Shown here: positions 48,242 through 58,019 of the stretch, in pieces
How positions within the stretch are numbered: the first letter of the stretch is position 1
Layout of the letters: each line of letters begins with the position of its first letter
Assembly (NCBI GenBank): GCA_002773855.1
Contig: PEZY01000012.1
Coordinates: forward strand, 68,255 to 132,254
Direction of reading: 5' to 3'
Origin: Candidatus Buchananbacteria bacterium CG10_big_fil_rev_8_21_14_0_10_33_19
GTDB taxonomy: Bacteria > Patescibacteriota > Patescibacteriia > 2-01-FULL-39-33
DNA: 64,000 bases
Notes under the pieces: model-generated
Seen by the model: only the letters and a program-made list of their open reading frames with translations
Told to the model about the DNA's origin: nothing
The model's database searches: none
Translations under genes and position numbers: made by a program

Positions 48242-48523
48242 ATGGCTAAGATGACCAAATCTCAAATATTGGCTACTTTGGCAGAAAAGACCAATATCAG
48301 TAAGAAAGACGTTACCATGTTAATGGATACCCTTACTGAAATGGCTTATTCAGAAGTTAAGGGCAGTGGTGAGTTTACCATTCCAGGTATTGGAAAATTG
48401 GTAAAAGTTGACAGAAAAGCAAGAATGGGTCGAAACCCAGCTACTGGTGAAGAAATTAAAATTCCTGCTAAAACTGTTGTTAAATTTAGAGTTGCTAAAG
48501 CAGCTAAAGACGCATTATTATAA
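48242..48523 (+). CDS. hup: HU-family DNA-binding protein
   Basis: RKARMGRNPATGEEIKIPAK.VVKF. Confidence 0.96.
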   Translation: MAKMTKSQILATLAEKTNISKKDVTMLMDTLTEMAYSEVKGSGEFTIPGIGKLVKVDRKARMGRNPATGEEIKIPAKTVVKFRVAKAAKDALL

Positions 48524-48613
48524 TTCGTCATTAGTTAACTCAAAGATCCTCCAAAGTTTATTTGGAGGATTTTTTGTGTTATAATATATTAGTAAATATA
48601 AAACTAAATTCTC

Positions 48614-49963
48614 ATGCCGATTAAAAAAATAAAAAACATGCCAAATAAGGCATGGGTGGTTACTGTAGATATGGGCTATGGTCATCAAAGAGCTGCTCAC
48701 CCATTAAGCGATATAGCTGAAGATGGCATTATTACGGCTAATAATTATAAAGGTATCCCAAAAAAAGATAAAGACATTTGGGTTAATAGTAAGGGCATTT
48801 ATGAATTTATTTCTCGGTTTAAAAAAGTACCATTTTTAGGAGATAAGATTTTTGAAATTTACGATAAATTTCAGGCTATTCCAAAATTTTATCCTAAACG
48901 AGATTTATCAAAACCTAATATTCAATTAAAACAGATATACCGTTTGTTTGAAGAGTCTTGTTGGGGACAAGATTTAATTACTAGATTATCTGAAAAACCT
49001 TTACCACTAGTGACAACTTTTTTTGTGACGGCTTTTATGGCTGAACATTATGGCTATCCAGGGGAGATTTATTGTGTGGCCACTGACACTGATGTCAGTC
49101 GAACTTGGGTGCCACTAGACCCTAAAAATAGTCGAATTAATTATTTCGCGCCTAATCGACGGGTGGTGGATAGGTTAAAACTTTACGGCGTAAAAGAGGA
49201 TAAAATATTTTTAACGGGTTTTCCATTGCCGACAGAGAATGTTGGTAAGAATTTAGAAATTGTTAAAAAAGATTTAGGACAACGCTTGATTAATCTAGAT
49301 CCAGATAAATTTTATATTTCTCAATATGAAAAAACCCTGCGTCATCATTTAGGCGCTAAACTAATTAAAAAATCGGTTAGACCGCTGACTATTACTTTTG
49401 CCGTTGGTGGAGCTGGCGCTCAAAGAGAATTAGGGGCGACAATTATGAAAAGTTTAAAAAAGAAAATTATCAGTGGCGAAATTATTCTTAATTTAGTGGC
49501 CGGCACTCATTTAGTGGTAAATCAATATTTTAAGGATCAAGTGAAGGAATTAGAGTTGAGTTTATACTTAAATAAAGGAGTTAATGTTTTATTTGATCGA
49601 AATAAATATAAATTCTTTAGTCGCTTTAATAAAATTTTAAGAAAAACTGATATTTTGTGGACTAAACCTAGTGAGCTATCTTTTTACTGTGCTTTAGGTA
49701 TTCCTATTATTACAGCTCCGCCGATTGGTTCTCAAGAAGTTTTTAATCAGAGATGGTTAAGAACAATTGGTGGTGGTATTAAAGAAGAAGAACCACAATA
49801 TGTTAATGAATGGTTATCTGATTGGCTGGAGTCTGGTTGGTTGGCAGAGGCCGCTATGCAAGGGTTCTTGGAAGCACCAAAATTTGGCACTCATAATATA
49901 GAGAAGATTATTTTCCATCAATATGATAAGACTAAAAAAGTAGAAACTGTATTGCAGTATTAA
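48614..49963 (+). CDS. Conserved hypothetical protein, GT-B glycosyltransferase-like
   Basis: VDMGYGHQRAA N-terminal motif; TGFPL; TDILWTKPSELSFY; PIGSQE..N (MurG/UgtP-like). Confidence 0.7.
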   Translation: MPIKKIKNMPNKAWVVTVDMGYGHQRAAHPLSDIAEDGIITANNYKGIPKKDKDIWVNSKGIYEFISRFKKVPFLGDKIFEIYDKFQAIPKFYPKRDLSKPNIQLKQIYRLFEESCWGQDLITRLSEKPLPLVTTFFVTAFMAEHYGYPGEIYCVATDTDVSRTWVPLDPKNSRINYFAPNRRVVDRLKLYGVKEDKIFLTGFPLPTENVGKNLEIVKKDLGQRLINLDPDKFYISQYEKTLRHHLGAKLIKKSVRPLTITFAVGGAGAQRELGATIMKSLKKKIISGEIILNLVAGTHLVVNQYFKDQVKELELSLYLNKGVNVLFDRNKYKFFSRFNKILRKTDILWTKPSELSFYCALGIPIITAPPIGSQEVFNQRWLRTIGGGIKEEEPQYVNEWLSDWLESGWLAEAAMQGFLEAPKFGTHNIEKIIFHQYDKTKKVETVLQY

Positions 49964-50032
49964 ATTGGTAATTTATTGAAAATAGCCCGCCAAAAGTGGG
50001 CTATTTATTTTAATTTAATATTTTCATATTAC

Positions 50033-50060
50033 TTGACATCTAAGATATTTATAGTATAAT
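50033..50060 (+). promoter_or_regulatory. sigma70 promoter of the suf operon
   Basis: TTGACA-16 bp-TATAAT. Confidence 0.65.
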
Positions 50061-50088
50061 TAAAATACTAGTAAATAAGTAGGATATT

Positions 50089-50514
50089 ATGTCATTTTTT
50101 GGTACAATATCCTCTAAAAAGCATAATAGTTTGAGATTAATTATTCAATTAGCTCAGAGTTATACCGACAAAAAACCAGTTTCTTTGTCGGAAATTAGTT
50201 CAGAAGAGGGTATTTCTATTAAATATTTAGAACAATTAATCATGCCCTTTAAAAGGGCTGATATTATTAAAAGTCAACGCGGTCGTAGCGGTGGCTATAT
50301 TATGATTAAGGATCCTAAAAAAATATCGCTCAAGGAAATAATTTGGCTGATAAATGATAGTCCAAGTTTAGCAATTTGCTTAGATAAGGATTACGACAAA
50401 TCGTGCAATTATGATCATAATTGCATCTCCAAAAATATTTGGGGAAAAATTCAAAAATCAATGGAAGGCTTTTTGGATAAAATATATTTATCTGAAATAT
50501 TGGAAAATAAATAA
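50089..50514 (+). CDS. Rrf2-family (IscR-like) regulator with three Cys
   Basis: ISIKYLEQL, SQRGRSGGY, C-x8-C-x5-C. Confidence 0.9.
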   Translation: MSFFGTISSKKHNSLRLIIQLAQSYTDKKPVSLSEISSEEGISIKYLEQLIMPFKRADIIKSQRGRSGGYIMIKDPKKISLKEIIWLINDSPSLAICLDKDYDKSCNYDHNCISKNIWGKIQKSMEGFLDKIYLSEILENK

Positions 50515-50515
50515 T

Positions 50516-50584
50516 TTAAGTAAGTGGCTGGTAATAAGTAGAAATTTTAAAAAATAATTCTACAATCTACAACCTATAACCTAA
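50516..50584 (+). repeat. Heptamer-periodic intercistronic hairpin (member g)
   Basis: GTAGAAATTTT..AATTCTACAATCTACAACCTATAACCTAA, nearly the same 3' arm as at 22256 and 22923. Confidence 0.7.
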
Positions 50585-50591
50585 TAAAAGT

Positions 50592-51338
50592 ATGGCTAAA
50601 ACAGTATCTAATGAAATGTCAGTTGAAAATCTTTTCGCCAGTATTGGCGACAAGCAAATTTTAAAAGGCATTGATCTAAAAATTAAACCGGGTAAAATAA
50701 TTGCTTTGATGGGACCAAATGGTTCTGGTAAATCCACTTTATCCCAGATAATTACCGGTCACCCCAATTATCAGGTTGATAAGGGTAAAGTGGTGTGGCA
50801 AGGAAAAAATATTTTAAAACTTGATCCAGATGTTCGGGCTAAAATGGGCTTATTTTTATCTTTCCAGTATCCTAACGAATTGCCTGGGGTCAATATGTAT
50901 GATTTCCTTTCAACTTGTTTTCAAAGTATTTATGGTGACAAAAAACATAAAAAAGATTTTGATAAAATATTAAATGAATCGCTAAAGTCATTAAAATTAT
51001 CTAGTAATTTTTTAGATCGCTCAGTTAATGAAGGTTTCTCTGGTGGTGAAAAGAAAAAATCTGAAATATTACAGATGAAAGTTTTGGCTCCTAAAATTGC
51101 GATTTTAGATGAAACTGATTCTGGTTTGGATATTGATGCACTAAAATTAATTGCTAAAAATATTTCTGATTTAAAATCACCAAAGATTGGCTTTTTAGTG
51201 ATTACTCATTATAAACGTTTACTTAAATATATTAAGCCTGATGAAGTGCATATTATGTTAGATGGTAAAATTGTTAAATCTGGTAAATATGATCTAGTTG
51301 ATAAACTAGAAAAACAAGGTTACGGTTGGCTTAAATAA
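50592..51338 (+). CDS. sufC: Fe-S cluster assembly ATPase SufC
   Basis: MGPNGSGKSTL, VNEGFSGGEKKK, LDETDSGLDIDAL. Confidence 0.97.
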   Translation: MAKTVSNEMSVENLFASIGDKQILKGIDLKIKPGKIIALMGPNGSGKSTLSQIITGHPNYQVDKGKVVWQGKNILKLDPDVRAKMGLFLSFQYPNELPGVNMYDFLSTCFQSIYGDKKHKKDFDKILNESLKSLKLSSNFLDRSVNEGFSGGEKKKSEILQMKVLAPKIAILDETDSGLDIDALKLIAKNISDLKSPKIGFLVITHYKRLLKYIKPDEVHIMLDGKIVKSGKYDLVDKLEKQGYGWLK

Positions 51339-51353
51339 TAAACCTTTTTATCT

Positions 51354-52748
51354 ATGACTCAAAATATTAAAATAGATCATAAAAAATACGATTTTAGAGA
51401 TGATATTGATTATATTTTTAAGGCCGAAAAAGGTTTATCTCAAAAACTCTTAAAAGAAATATCTGACAAGAAGGATGAGCCAAAATGGATGTTGGACTAT
51501 CGGACTAAAGCTTTAAAATCTTTTGTAGAAAAGCCGTTGCCTGCTTGGGGTGCTGATTTAACTAAGATAGATTTTACCAATATTAGTTATTATCTTAAAC
51601 CTAGTGAAAAAAGTTCGACGAAGTGGAAAGATGTACCCAAAAAAATTAAAAAAACTTTTGATCGCTTAGGCATCCCTCAAGCGGAGCGAAAATTTTTAGC
51701 TGGTGTGGGAGCTCAATATGAATCAGAAGTTATTTATCATAGTCTAAAAAAGCAGTGGACTGATTTGGGTGTAGTTTTTTGTGATATGTCCGAGGCGCCA
51801 AAACTTTACCCAGATTTGGTTAAAAAATATTTTGGTAGTGCTATTTCTTATAATGATAATAAATTTTCGGCACTAAATAGTGCTATGTGGTCTGGCGGGT
51901 CTTTTATTTATGTGCCAAAAGGCGTGACTGTGGATATGCCACTGCAAGCCTATTTTAGAATTAATGCACCATCAATGGGCCAGTTTGAAAGAACTTTAAT
52001 TATTGTCGATGAAGATGCTTCCATGCATTATATCGAAGGTTGCACCGCTCCCGTTTATTCCAAGGATTCGCTACATGCGGCAGTAGTTGAGGTGATTGCT
52101 TTGCCAAGATCAAAAGTACGTTATACTACTATTCAAAATTGGTCGTCCAATGTTTATAATTTGGTGACCAAACGAGCCGTCGCTTATGAAGGGGCGTTGG
52201 TAGAATGGGTAGATGGTAATTTAGGCTCAAAGACGACTATGAAATACCCATCAGTGGTTTTGCGTGGTGAAGGTGCGAAGGCGGATATTTTATCGATTGC
52301 TTTTGCTGGTCGTAATCAACATCAGGATACCGGTGCTAAAGTTATTCATTTGGCTAGTAACACCTCATCTAAAATTGTTTCCAAATCAATCTCCAAAGAT
52401 GGTGGCTGTGCTTCTTATCGTGGTTTGGTATCGGTGGCTAAAAACGCTAATAATTGTCAGATCAAAGTTAACTGTGATGCCTTGTTGTTGGATCAAAAAT
52501 CTCGATCAGATACTTATCCAACTATGAATATCGGTAATAAACATTCTGTTATTGAACATGAAGCTAGTGTATCAAAGGTGAGTGAAGATCAATTATTCTA
52601 TTTAATGTCTCGTGGCCTGTCCAGAGAAGAAGCTGAAAGAATGATTGTGGCTGGCTTTTTGGAAGTATTTGCCAAGGAATTACCACTGGAATATGCGGTT
52701 GAATTAAATCGCCTGATTAAAATGGAGATGGAAGGCAGTGTTGGTTAA
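51354..52748 (+). CDS. sufB: Fe-S cluster assembly protein SufB
   Basis: [37 protein letters not shown]. Confidence 0.97.
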   Translation: MTQNIKIDHKKYDFRDDIDYIFKAEKGLSQKLLKEISDKKDEPKWMLDYRTKALKSFVEKPLPAWGADLTKIDFTNISYYLKPSEKSSTKWKDVPKKIKKTFDRLGIPQAERKFLAGVGAQYESEVIYHSLKKQWTDLGVVFCDMSEAPKLYPDLVKKYFGSAISYNDNKFSALNSAMWSGGSFIYVPKGVTVDMPLQAYFRINAPSMGQFERTLIIVDEDASMHYIEGCTAPVYSKDSLHAAVVEVIALPRSKVRYTTIQNWSSNVYNLVTKRAVAYEGALVEWVDGNLGSKTTMKYPSVVLRGEGAKADILSIAFAGRNQHQDTGAKVIHLASNTSSKIVSKSISKDGGCASYRGLVSVAKNANNCQIKVNCDALLLDQKSRSDTYPTMNIGNKHSVIEHEASVSKVSEDQLFYLMSRGLSREEAERMIVAGFLEVFAKELPLEYAVELNRLIKMEMEGSVG

Positions 52749-52763
52749 ATAAATATATTTACT

Positions 52764-53858
52764 ATGACAAATAAATTTAAAGACATCTTAAGTGAAATTA
52801 CTGCCTTAGAAAAAGCTACGCCTTTTAATAAAGAAACTATTGGCTGGTCTTGGGCAGAATTAATTAATGCCAAAAATGACTTAAAGAGTATCAGGCTAGC
52901 GGATTTTATAGCCGGTCTTACTGATTATGATTATTTAAAATACCAAGGCGTTGACATTAGGTTGGCTACCGACAACGATTATCAAAAAATTAATAAAGTT
53001 TTGGCTATAATTTATCCAATACTTAGTAAGATTGAATTGATTCAATTACTAGCTTCCAAATCAGACATTGTGATCAATATACCAGATGGTTCTAAAATAG
53101 ATATTTCATACCAAAATCCTATTTTTAATTTTTGGGGTAATGTTTATTTTTTGATTGGTAAGAATTCACAAGTGACAATTACCGATCAACATTTACCGGT
53201 TAAAGATTTTAGTTCAGGCTCGGTTTATTTAATATCTGGTGATAATTCGACAGTTGAATATTTATCAGTAGCTGGTAAAAATTCATATAATTTTAATTTA
53301 CATTCTTATCCTGGAAAATTTTCTAAACATAATGTTTATGCTATAGGCAAAATGACAGAAAAATATTATTATTATAATATGACTTCATACTTGAAGAATG
53401 ATCATTCTGAAAATTATATTTTAGCTTCTTTGAATTTTTTAAATAATTCTAAGTCACTAATTAGATTGCATAATAATCACATTGGTAAAAAAACTACTGG
53501 TGATATTAAATTCAAAGGCATCGGTTGGGACAAATCACAATCTAAAGTAGACGGGATGATTGAAATTGGTAAACGAGCTTATGACACAAATTCGTATTTA
53601 AAAGAAGATATTATTTTAGCTTCTGAAGATAGCTATATTAAAGCTGAGCCTAATTTAGAAATTTTAAACAACGATGTCAAGGCTTCACATGGAGCGACTA
53701 TTGGTTATATGGATCAAAACGCTTTATTTTATTTAATGTCTAGAGGTTTGTCTAAGGTTAAAGCAGAAAAGTTAATCGCTGACGGCTTTTTAAAAAGTTT
53801 GTCTCTTAATGTTATTACTAAAAGTTTAAAAAATACTTTTGAAGATTATTGGTTATAA
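52764..53858 (+). CDS. sufD: SufD family Fe-S assembly protein (divergent)
   Basis: C-terminal [29 protein letters not shown]. Confidence 0.88.
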   Translation: MTNKFKDILSEITALEKATPFNKETIGWSWAELINAKNDLKSIRLADFIAGLTDYDYLKYQGVDIRLATDNDYQKINKVLAIIYPILSKIELIQLLASKSDIVINIPDGSKIDISYQNPIFNFWGNVYFLIGKNSQVTITDQHLPVKDFSSGSVYLISGDNSTVEYLSVAGKNSYNFNLHSYPGKFSKHNVYAIGKMTEKYYYYNMTSYLKNDHSENYILASLNFLNNSKSLIRLHNNHIGKKTTGDIKFKGIGWDKSQSKVDGMIEIGKRAYDTNSYLKEDIILASEDSYIKAEPNLEILNNDVKASHGATIGYMDQNALFYLMSRGLSKVKAEKLIADGFLKSLSLNVITKSLKNTFEDYWL

Positions 53859-53861
53859 ATT

Positions 53862-55070
53862 ATGAAAAATTTAGTGAGCAAAAACAATTTCCCGATTTTT
53901 TCGGGTCGTTATAAAAAAATGGTTTATTTAGATAGTGCGGCCACTAGTCAAAAACCCCAAGTAGTGATTAAAGCGGAAACTGATTGGTACACTAAATATA
54001 ATGCCAATATTCATCGGGGGGCTTATAAATTAGCCGAAGAAGCGACCGAATTATTTGAAACCACACGTCAAAGAGTGGCTAGTTTTATTGGTGCTAAAAA
54101 TTATAAATCCATTGTTTTTACTAAAGGCACCACTGAAGGTATAAATTTAGTAGTCTCAGCTTTTGCTCGTCATAATTTAAAATCTGGTGATACTATTTTG
54201 TTAACAGAAATGGAGCACCATGCCAATATTGTACCTTGGCAACTCTTAGCTCAAGAAATTGGTTTGAAAATTAAATATTGGCCAGTGACAATTACTGGCG
54301 AATTGGATATGGCTAATTTAGATGAATTATTGACTGGGGTAAAATTTTTATCACTAGTGCATATTTCTAATGTTTTAGGAACTGTTAATCCGGTGGAAAA
54401 AATTATTACTCAAGTCAAGAAAAAAAATGTTTTTGTTTTGGTGGATGCGGCTCAAAGTGTTGGGCATTTGCCGGTTAATGTGTCTAAAATTAAGCCTGAT
54501 TTTTTGGTTTTTTCCTCTCATAAAATGCTGGGACCAACTGGGTTGGGAGTTTTGTATGTTAACCCAGAACTATTTGCTGATATGCGACCCTATCAGGCGG
54601 GTGGGGAAATGATTGCTGAAGTGGGTTTTGAATTTACCACTTTTAAAAAAATGCCTTGGTTACTGGAGGCCGGCACTCAACCCCTAGCTCAGGTCTATGC
54701 TTTGGGAGCGACAATTGATTATATTAATACATTAGGCCTAAAAAATATTTATTTACATTCTAAGTCTTTGACTGCTTATGCCTATGAAGAGCTATCAAAA
54801 ATTAATGGTTTAAAAATTTATGGTCCCAATGCTAATAAGCGCTTAGGTTTGATTAGCTTTTCTATAGGTAAATTACATGCTCATGATTTGGCGACATTAC
54901 TAGATCGTCAAAATATTTTTATTCGGGCTGGTCATCATTGTGCGATGCCACTGCACACCAAATTAAAAGTAGCGGCGACAGCTAGAATTAGTTTTGGTGT
55001 TTATAACACTAAAGCGGATATTGATAGTGTAGTATCTGCCCTTAAATCTATCTTAAAGACATGGAATTAA
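53862..55070 (+). CDS. sufS: Cysteine desulfurase SufS
   Basis: YLDSAATSQKP, EHHANIVPW, SSHKMLGP, RAGHHCAMP. Confidence 0.96.
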   Translation: MKNLVSKNNFPIFSGRYKKMVYLDSAATSQKPQVVIKAETDWYTKYNANIHRGAYKLAEEATELFETTRQRVASFIGAKNYKSIVFTKGTTEGINLVVSAFARHNLKSGDTILLTEMEHHANIVPWQLLAQEIGLKIKYWPVTITGELDMANLDELLTGVKFLSLVHISNVLGTVNPVEKIITQVKKKNVFVLVDAAQSVGHLPVNVSKIKPDFLVFSSHKMLGPTGLGVLYVNPELFADMRPYQAGGEMIAEVGFEFTTFKKMPWLLEAGTQPLAQVYALGATIDYINTLGLKNIYLHSKSLTAYAYEELSKINGLKIYGPNANKRLGLISFSIGKLHAHDLATLLDRQNIFIRAGHHCAMPLHTKLKVAATARISFGVYNTKADIDSVVSALKSILKTWN

Positions 55071-55432
55071 CTTATAAAAAAACAATTTTACGGCATTATA
55101 ATAATCCGTCAAACAAAATTGATATAAAGACACCAACAGAAGTTTTTGTGGGGGCTAATCCTTTTTGTGGTGATAAAATTGAAATAAAAGTTAAATTAGA
55201 CGCCAAGAAAAAAATTACCGATATTTCTTGGTCAGGTAATGGCTGTGTAATTTCTCAGGCTTCAGCCTCGATTTTTACAGATATGATTCGTGGCAAAACC
55301 TTAGCTCAGGCACAAAAAATGACCAGTGATAAATTGCTTCAAGAGTTAAACATTGAATTGTCACCATCTCGCAGAAAATGTGCACTTTTGCCGCTTTATA
55401 CAATTAAAGAAATTACTGATGAAGAGGATTAA
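55061..55432 (+). CDS. sufU: SufU/NifU-like sulfur-transfer/scaffold protein
   Basis: NPFCGD, GCVISQASAS, RRKCALL. Confidence 0.92.
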   Translation: MELTYKKTILRHYNNPSNKIDIKTPTEVFVGANPFCGDKIEIKVKLDAKKKITDISWSGNGCVISQASASIFTDMIRGKTLAQAQKMTSDKLLQELNIELSPSRRKCALLPLYTIKEITDEED

Positions 55433-55883
55433 AGAAGTGTATATAATTTGTGATCATATTCGGAGCCTCTATAATGTAGGTTCTATTTTTCGTACGGCTG
55501 ATGCTATGGGTGTGACTAAAATATATTTATGTGGTATTACCGGTACACCACTGCAATCCGGTTTACAAAAGGTATCATTAGGAGCGGAAAATTTTGTGGC
55601 TTGGGAATATAAAAAAAGTGCCAGTTTACTGATAAATTCTTTAAAGAAACAGGGGGTAAAAATTGTCGCTTTAGAGCTTTTAGCTGGTCAAAGTATTGAT
55701 CTTAAAAAATTTAAACCACAATTTCCACTAGCTTTAATTGTTGGTAATGAAGTGGAAGGGGTGTCTAAAAATTTATTAAAAAAGGCTGATGATATAGTGC
55801 ATATTCCAATGTCTGGCCAAAAAGAGTCTTTAAATGTAGCTGTGGCTTTTGGTATTGCTGGTTATTCTATTATGTCTAGCTAA
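55419..55883 (+). CDS. TrmH/SpoU family RNA methyltransferase
   Basis: ATG 55419; IRSLYNVGSIFRTAD, VGNEVEG, IPMSG.KESLNV. Confidence 0.92.
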   Translation: MKRIKEVYIICDHIRSLYNVGSIFRTADAMGVTKIYLCGITGTPLQSGLQKVSLGAENFVAWEYKKSASLLINSLKKQGVKIVALELLAGQSIDLKKFKPQFPLALIVGNEVEGVSKNLLKKADDIVHIPMSGQKESLNVAVAFGIAGYSIMSS

Positions 55884-55969
55884 AAATTAGTATATTGTTT
55901 AATTTGGTTGACTAAAAGAGCTAAAAAAGTTACTATGTTAATTAGTGTTTTTATCTCTAAATTAACCAC

Positions 55970-56653
55970 ATGGAACAAATAAAACATATAGCTTTTATCA
56001 TGGATGGCAATCGTCGTTGGGCTAAAGATCAAGGCCTGCCCTCTTTAGAGGGGCATAAAGCTGGTTATGATAAAATGAAAGATGTCGGTGATTGGTGTAT
56101 TGATCGTGGCATTAAACATATTACGGTTTACGCTTTTTCCACCGAAAATTGGAAGAGAAGTCAGACGGAAGTTGATTATTTAATGAGACTATTAGAAAAT
56201 GCTTTAACCAAAGAACTATATGAGTTCAATAAACGAGGTATTAGATTAAAGGTGATTGGTAGTCGTGATAGATTGCCTAAATCAGTGGTCAAAGCCATTG
56301 ATAATGCCGAAGCTGAAACTGCTAATAATAACAAAGGAATTTTAAACATGGCGATTAATTATGGTGGTAGGTTAGAAATTGTGGAAGCCGTTAAAAAAAT
56401 TATTGATCAAAAAAAATCTTCAATTGAAGTAACTGAAGATTTGGTGTCTAATAATATTTGGACAGTTGGTCAGCCGGATCCGGATATTCTAGTGCGAACT
56501 TCTGGTGAACAGCGATTGTCTAATTTTTTAACTTGGCAAGTGGTTTATAGTGAGTTATTTTTTATTGAACCGCATTGGCCAGCTTTTAGTGAAGAGGATT
56601 TAGATAAAATTATAGAGGATTATCATAATCGGAATAGACGGTTTGGTAAATAA
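55970..56653 (+). CDS. uppS: Undecaprenyl diphosphate synthase
   Basis: HIAFIMDGNRRWA, AFSTENWKR, NYGGR, RTSGEQRLSNF. Confidence 0.97.
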   Translation: MEQIKHIAFIMDGNRRWAKDQGLPSLEGHKAGYDKMKDVGDWCIDRGIKHITVYAFSTENWKRSQTEVDYLMRLLENALTKELYEFNKRGIRLKVIGSRDRLPKSVVKAIDNAEAETANNNKGILNMAINYGGRLEIVEAVKKIIDQKKSSIEVTEDLVSNNIWTVGQPDPDILVRTSGEQRLSNFLTWQVVYSELFFIEPHWPAFSEEDLDKIIEDYHNRNRRFGK

Positions 56654-56721
56654 AATAAAAGGCGCGAAAGCGCTTTTTTTTATTTTATTATATTTAGTTA
56701 TTGCCATGGGATTCCTTTGAT

Positions 56722-57180
56722 TGTCATTTCGACCGTAGCGAAGCGTAGTGAAGGAATTCTTTTTATTCTAAGTCATATTGGTACTTTTTTAGAAAAAGTA
56801 CCACAAAAATCGCGACAGTAAAAAATTTATAGTCGAAGATAAAACTTCGCTCCGCTAATTTTCAAAACTCAAAACTTTTTTATTTATAATAGTCGAAAGT
56901 TTTTCAAACATTGAAAATTTTGGGCATAGACAATGCCCAAACGCTAGAGCTCTCGTTTTATCTTCTTTTTAAATTTTTTAATTGTCGCAGTCTTATTAAG
57001 ATATTTATAATAATAAAATGCAAACATTAAAAAATATTGTGTCAATTTTATATAAAGCGAGCGCTAGAGACAATTATTCTGTCGCTATTTTGATTAATTG
57101 GCTCTAGTGAGTGTGTATAAAATTGGCCATGATTTTTTACGTTTGCGAGCTTTTGGTTACTTTTGGCGGTACAAAAGTAA
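56722..57180. mobile_element. Non-coding composite palindromic element, locus 2
   Basis: GTCATTTCGA..GCGAAGCG REP-like start, unit A copy 2 (56768-57008) and divergent unit B (57019-57180). Confidence 0.5.
56768..57008 (-). repeat. Structured dispersed repeat unit A, copy 2
   Basis: Aligns to 10501-10742 with one net gap. Confidence 0.85.
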
Positions 57181-57200
57181 TAGAAGACTATTTTAAAATA

Positions 57201-57242
57201 AAAAAAGAAGCCGTCCGATCGCATGGTGCGATTGGACGGCTT
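57201..57242 (-). terminator. Terminator of orphan cassette 4
   Basis: Minus strand AAGCCGTCCAATCGCA-CCA-TGCGATCGGACGGCTT followed by a T-tract. Confidence 0.75.
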
Positions 57243-57251
57243 GGTTGGTGG

Positions 57252-57617
57252 TTAGAAGGTGTGGCAGCACTTGTAACAGTACCACTCACAACCCTCACCT
57301 CCTAGACTGGAGGAGGCGACACGACCAAGTGATCCACAATTGGGACACTCGGGCGTTTCGGTATCTTCCCAGGCCTTATCGCAGACTTGGGAGATAGCGG
57401 CTTCAACTTTGGCTTCGACATCGGCCAGAGGAGTCTCGCGAATCCACTGGGCAACATAGCCTCTGGTGATGTCGAAACTGAGTGTTTCGCTACCAAAGGA
57501 ATTCCGAACTTCTTGTGGCCAGTAGGGAATCTGGAGATTGAAGGCGAGGAACTGGTAGAGCTCGTATTGCCTGTCATTCAACCCATCGGGCCGTTGGTCG
57601 CGACTGAGACTTTTCAT
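57252..57617 (-). CDS. Hypothetical protein with C-terminal zinc ribbon (cassette 4, gene 3)
   Basis: CPNCG...WYCYKC; ATGA overlap with the upstream gene; GGAG SD; GC-richer than the flanks. Confidence 0.7.
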   Translation of the reverse strand: MKSLSRDQRPDGLNDRQYELYQFLAFNLQIPYWPQEVRNSFGSETLSFDITRGYVAQWIRETPLADVEAKVEAAISQVCDKAWEDTETPECPNCGSLGRVASSSLGGEGCEWYCYKCCHTF

Positions 57618-57727
57618 GGCCTGTCTCCGTGCATGCTACAGTCGCACTGGTGAATGGACAGTCCGGTCTTGGGACAGGCGCAGTCACAGTGATCGGTTGG
57701 TAGCCCACACAATTTACATTTATCCAT
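57614..57727 (-). CDS. 37-aa Cys/His-rich peptide (cassette 4, gene 2)
   Basis: AGGAGG SD before ATG 57727; MDKCKLCGLPTDHCDCACPKTGLSIHQCDCSMHGDRP; overlaps both neighbours. Confidence 0.6.
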   Translation of the reverse strand: MDKCKLCGLPTDHCDCACPKTGLSIHQCDCSMHGDRP

Positions 57728-58019
57728 TATTGATTTCCTCCTGTTGTTTTGCCCACCGATGATTGGATTCCTCAATCTTGAAGACCCAACGACGTAGGGT
57801 GATTCTGGTGCCAACTGCCAAATTATGACAGAGTTTGGAAATACGATCGGGAATGGTGATGTTTTTTGCCACACCTAGAGTGGCGATCACTAAACCCAAC
57901 AAGACCAATATCAGATCGAACCAAATGTTGATAAAGGGCAAGAAATCACCCGTGACCAACATCACAAGACCAAGGCCAAAAAACATCACGCCCCATTTTT
58001 TTGCAATGCTTACAAACAT
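57720..58019 (-). CDS. Small two-TM membrane protein (cassette 4, gene 1)
   Basis: TAAGGAG SD; promoter TTGACA(58098-58093)-17-TATAAT(58075-58070). Confidence 0.7.
   Translation of the reverse strand: MFVSIAKKWGVMFFGLGLVMLVTGDFLPFINIWFDLILVLLGLVIATLGVAKNITIPDRISKLCHNLAVGTRITLRRWVFKIEESNHRWAKQQEEINNG

Noticed and set aside
50064-50088. IscR/Rrf2 operator dyad downstream of the suf -10
   Set aside because: Position is plausible, but the symmetry is too imperfect to call in AT-rich DNA.
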